In this document: in pieces, positions 48,399 to 50,057 of the stretch
Layout: the number at the start of each line of letters is the position of its first letter
Numbering within the stretch: the stretch's first letter is position 1
Assembly: GCA_963976765.1 (NCBI GenBank)
Contig: CAXBME010000010.1
Location: 186,001 to 236,057 of the forward strand
Direction: 5' to 3'
DNA: 50,057 nucleotides
From: an uncultured Planctomycetaceae bacterium
Lineage (GTDB): Bacteria; Planctomycetota; Planctomycetia; Planctomycetales; Planctomycetaceae
Notes under the pieces: model-generated
The model's database searches: none
What the model was told of the DNA's origin: nothing
The model's input: the letters and a program-made list of their open reading frames with translations, nothing else
Made by a program: the position numbers and the translations under genes

Positions 48399-49814
48399 TC
48401 AGACGGACGAGTTGGTCGATTCCACTGCTTCACGGTTGGCTCTCTCGGAAACACCAAAGACCGGGCGTTCGAACGATCCTGCTGACGGACGAACGGCCAG
48501 CAGTCGCAATGTCAACGGCACCGACGTTGCGACTCGCTGCGGCAGCCCCACCAGCTGTACCAGTGGCAGCAGCCGAGCGGCTGACGACGCCGCAAACAAC
48601 AACAGGTACGTTTCTGCATTCTCGCCAAGATGTTGCAGCGCGACCGCTCCGATGGCCGTCCCCACGCACATCGAGGCAGCGTTCGCAAAGTTGTAGAGCG
48701 AGAGCACCCGCGTGCGGTCCTCGCGAGGGATCGAATCGAAAAACAGCAGGAGCATTGCCAGTTCGTGCGCGGCCCAGGCCGCTCCCCCCAGAAGCTGCAC
48801 GAACAGCAGCCAGCCGAGGTGATTCGACACAAGCCACATTGCCGGCAGCGGTACGATACCGATCGCTCCAAGCCACAGCAGCCGACTCGCTCCCCAGGTC
48901 CGGGCGAGCGTTCCCAGCTGGGGAAGCACAACCGCTTTGGCAGCAAACGACGCGGCAATCAGAATGACGAACTCGACATACGTCATTTGAAGATAATTCA
49001 GCATCCAGGCATTGAAGAACGGACCGGCAATAAAAACGGCTCCCTGCATCCCCAGCAGGTACGTCATCAGTTGTCCTTGAGAAACCCGGCCCTCACCGGT
49101 TCCTCGTGACGAGGTGGCGACCGTCTGCACCGCCAGCGATGTGCTCTGTGCAGGTTCACTTTGCGAAGCCAGCAACCGCGACGACCACAGACGCGCCAGA
49201 CCGGCGACAACAAAAATCACTCCGTAGGCCCACAACTCGGCTCCTGATATGCGGCCGTACTCCAGAATCAGTCCACCACCAATCAGGCCGGCAAGAACTC
49301 CGAACTGAGCCAGTCGTGTCCGCCAGGCGAAGAACTTCGGTCGAACCCGGCCCGGCACCAGTATTTCGACCCACGCATTCCATGCAGCACCGGTTCCCAG
49401 TCCAGCACCCCAGTAGATCGTCGCGACGGCGAACAGGCCAACCACCGGGATGCTCCCCACGGATGCGGCAATCACCAGTGGCACAAACGAAACCGCCTGC
49501 GCGACGGCGCATAACACGACCCAGCGACGCAACGAACCGCACCACCGAACCCCACTCGGCGAAATAAGTTGCAGTACGGAACCGGCGAGCATCGGAACGG
49601 TCGCCATCAGTCCGCTGACCATTTCGCCCATACCAAGTGCCAGCGCGAACGCCGGCAGCCACGTCTCACCCAGGCCGACCATCACACTTTGTGCGATGCC
49701 ATCGGAAGTGATCGCCCGCAGGTCTCGCCGAGTCGTCGACTCCCGTTTGTGTCCTGGAATCTCATCATCAACAAGGTTCTTAGTTGAATGAGCATCGCCG
49801 AATTCCGTCGACAT
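48399..49814 (-). CDS. MFS transporter
   Basis: About 12 hydrophobic segments; 'DGIAQSVMVGLGETWLPAFALALG', 'AWNAWVEILVPGRVRPKFFAWR'. Confidence 0.85.
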   Translation of the reverse strand: MSTEFGDAHSTKNLVDDEIPGHKRESTTRRDLRAITSDGIAQSVMVGLGETWLPAFALALGMGEMVSGLMATVPMLAGSVLQLISPSGVRWCGSLRRWVVLCAVAQAVSFVPLVIAASVGSIPVVGLFAVATIYWGAGLGTGAAWNAWVEILVPGRVRPKFFAWRTRLAQFGVLAGLIGGGLILEYGRISGAELWAYGVIFVVAGLARLWSSRLLASQSEPAQSTSLAVQTVATSSRGTGEGRVSQGQLMTYLLGMQGAVFIAGPFFNAWMLNYLQMTYVEFVILIAASFAAKAVVLPQLGTLARTWGASRLLWLGAIGIVPLPAMWLVSNHLGWLLFVQLLGGAAWAAHELAMLLLFFDSIPREDRTRVLSLYNFANAASMCVGTAIGAVALQHLGENAETYLLLFAASSAARLLPLVQLVGLPQRVATSVPLTLRLLAVRPSAGSFERPVFGVSERANREAVESTNSSV

Positions 49815-49910
49815 AACTGTTACCTGGGTGCTGTCTCAATCGAGGCCTGTCACTACCAGTCACAGATCGACATACAGGGGCAAAATTGCACCATCTGAAA
49901 TGGGATTTCG

Positions 49911-50057
49911 TCAGTTGACGGTGTTCGCGATAGAAGAATTCTGTTCTTCCTGCTTAAAACGAGCTGTCGCTTCTTCAAGGACCTTCTCCCACAACGTACC
50001 AGTGATGATGTCCCGCTGAGTGTTGAAAGTTGAAAATCCGGTGGCGGCTCCTTTGCC
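49911..50057 (-). CDS. C-terminal end of an unidentified gene running off the window
   Basis: Open frame from the window edge, GKGAATGFSTFNTQRDIITGTLWEKVLEEATARFKQEEQNSSIANTVN*, co-oriented with the MFS gene. Confidence 0.45.
   Translation of the reverse strand, partial: GKGAATGFSTFNTQRDIITGTLWEKVLEEATARFKQEEQNSSIANTVN

Overview
This is a gene-dense bacterial window whose gene families suggest a Planctomycete (inferred from the ECF types, Flp-like proteins and mfd-PPIase-FAD/FeS oxidoreductase neighbourhood). The left ~15 kb is mostly housekeeping: the 3' end of truA, an ECF sigma factor with a long hairpin-rich upstream region, an Flp-like pilin, a nucleoside:H+ symporter followed by an orphan paralogous 3' fragment, an SGNH hydrolase, an FAD/Fe-S oxidoreductase, a PPIase, mfd and a thioesterase. 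From ~17.5 to ~48 kb lies a cluster centred on a sigma54 activator with a degenerate receiver domain. It holds two non-ribosomal amide/peptide-ligase modules: (i) C39-like peptidase, RimK-like ATP-grasp, GCS2 ligase and N-formylglutamate amidohydrolase; (ii) circularly permuted ATP-grasp, alpha-E, transglutaminase/DUF2126, transglutaminase and a CP-ATP-grasp/alpha-E fusion. It also carries a GNAT-nitrilase fusion, envelope/osmotic genes (MscK-like channel, SLC12-like cation-chloride cotransporter, OprB porin with an in-frame TGA) and an unusual Flp-pilin-TM-CBS-degenerate-GGDEF protein. Two sigma54 -24/-12 promoters and a candidate enhancer are visible. I saw no rRNA, tRNA, CRISPR array or transposase. 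All assignments come from motifs recognised by eye; no database searches were run.
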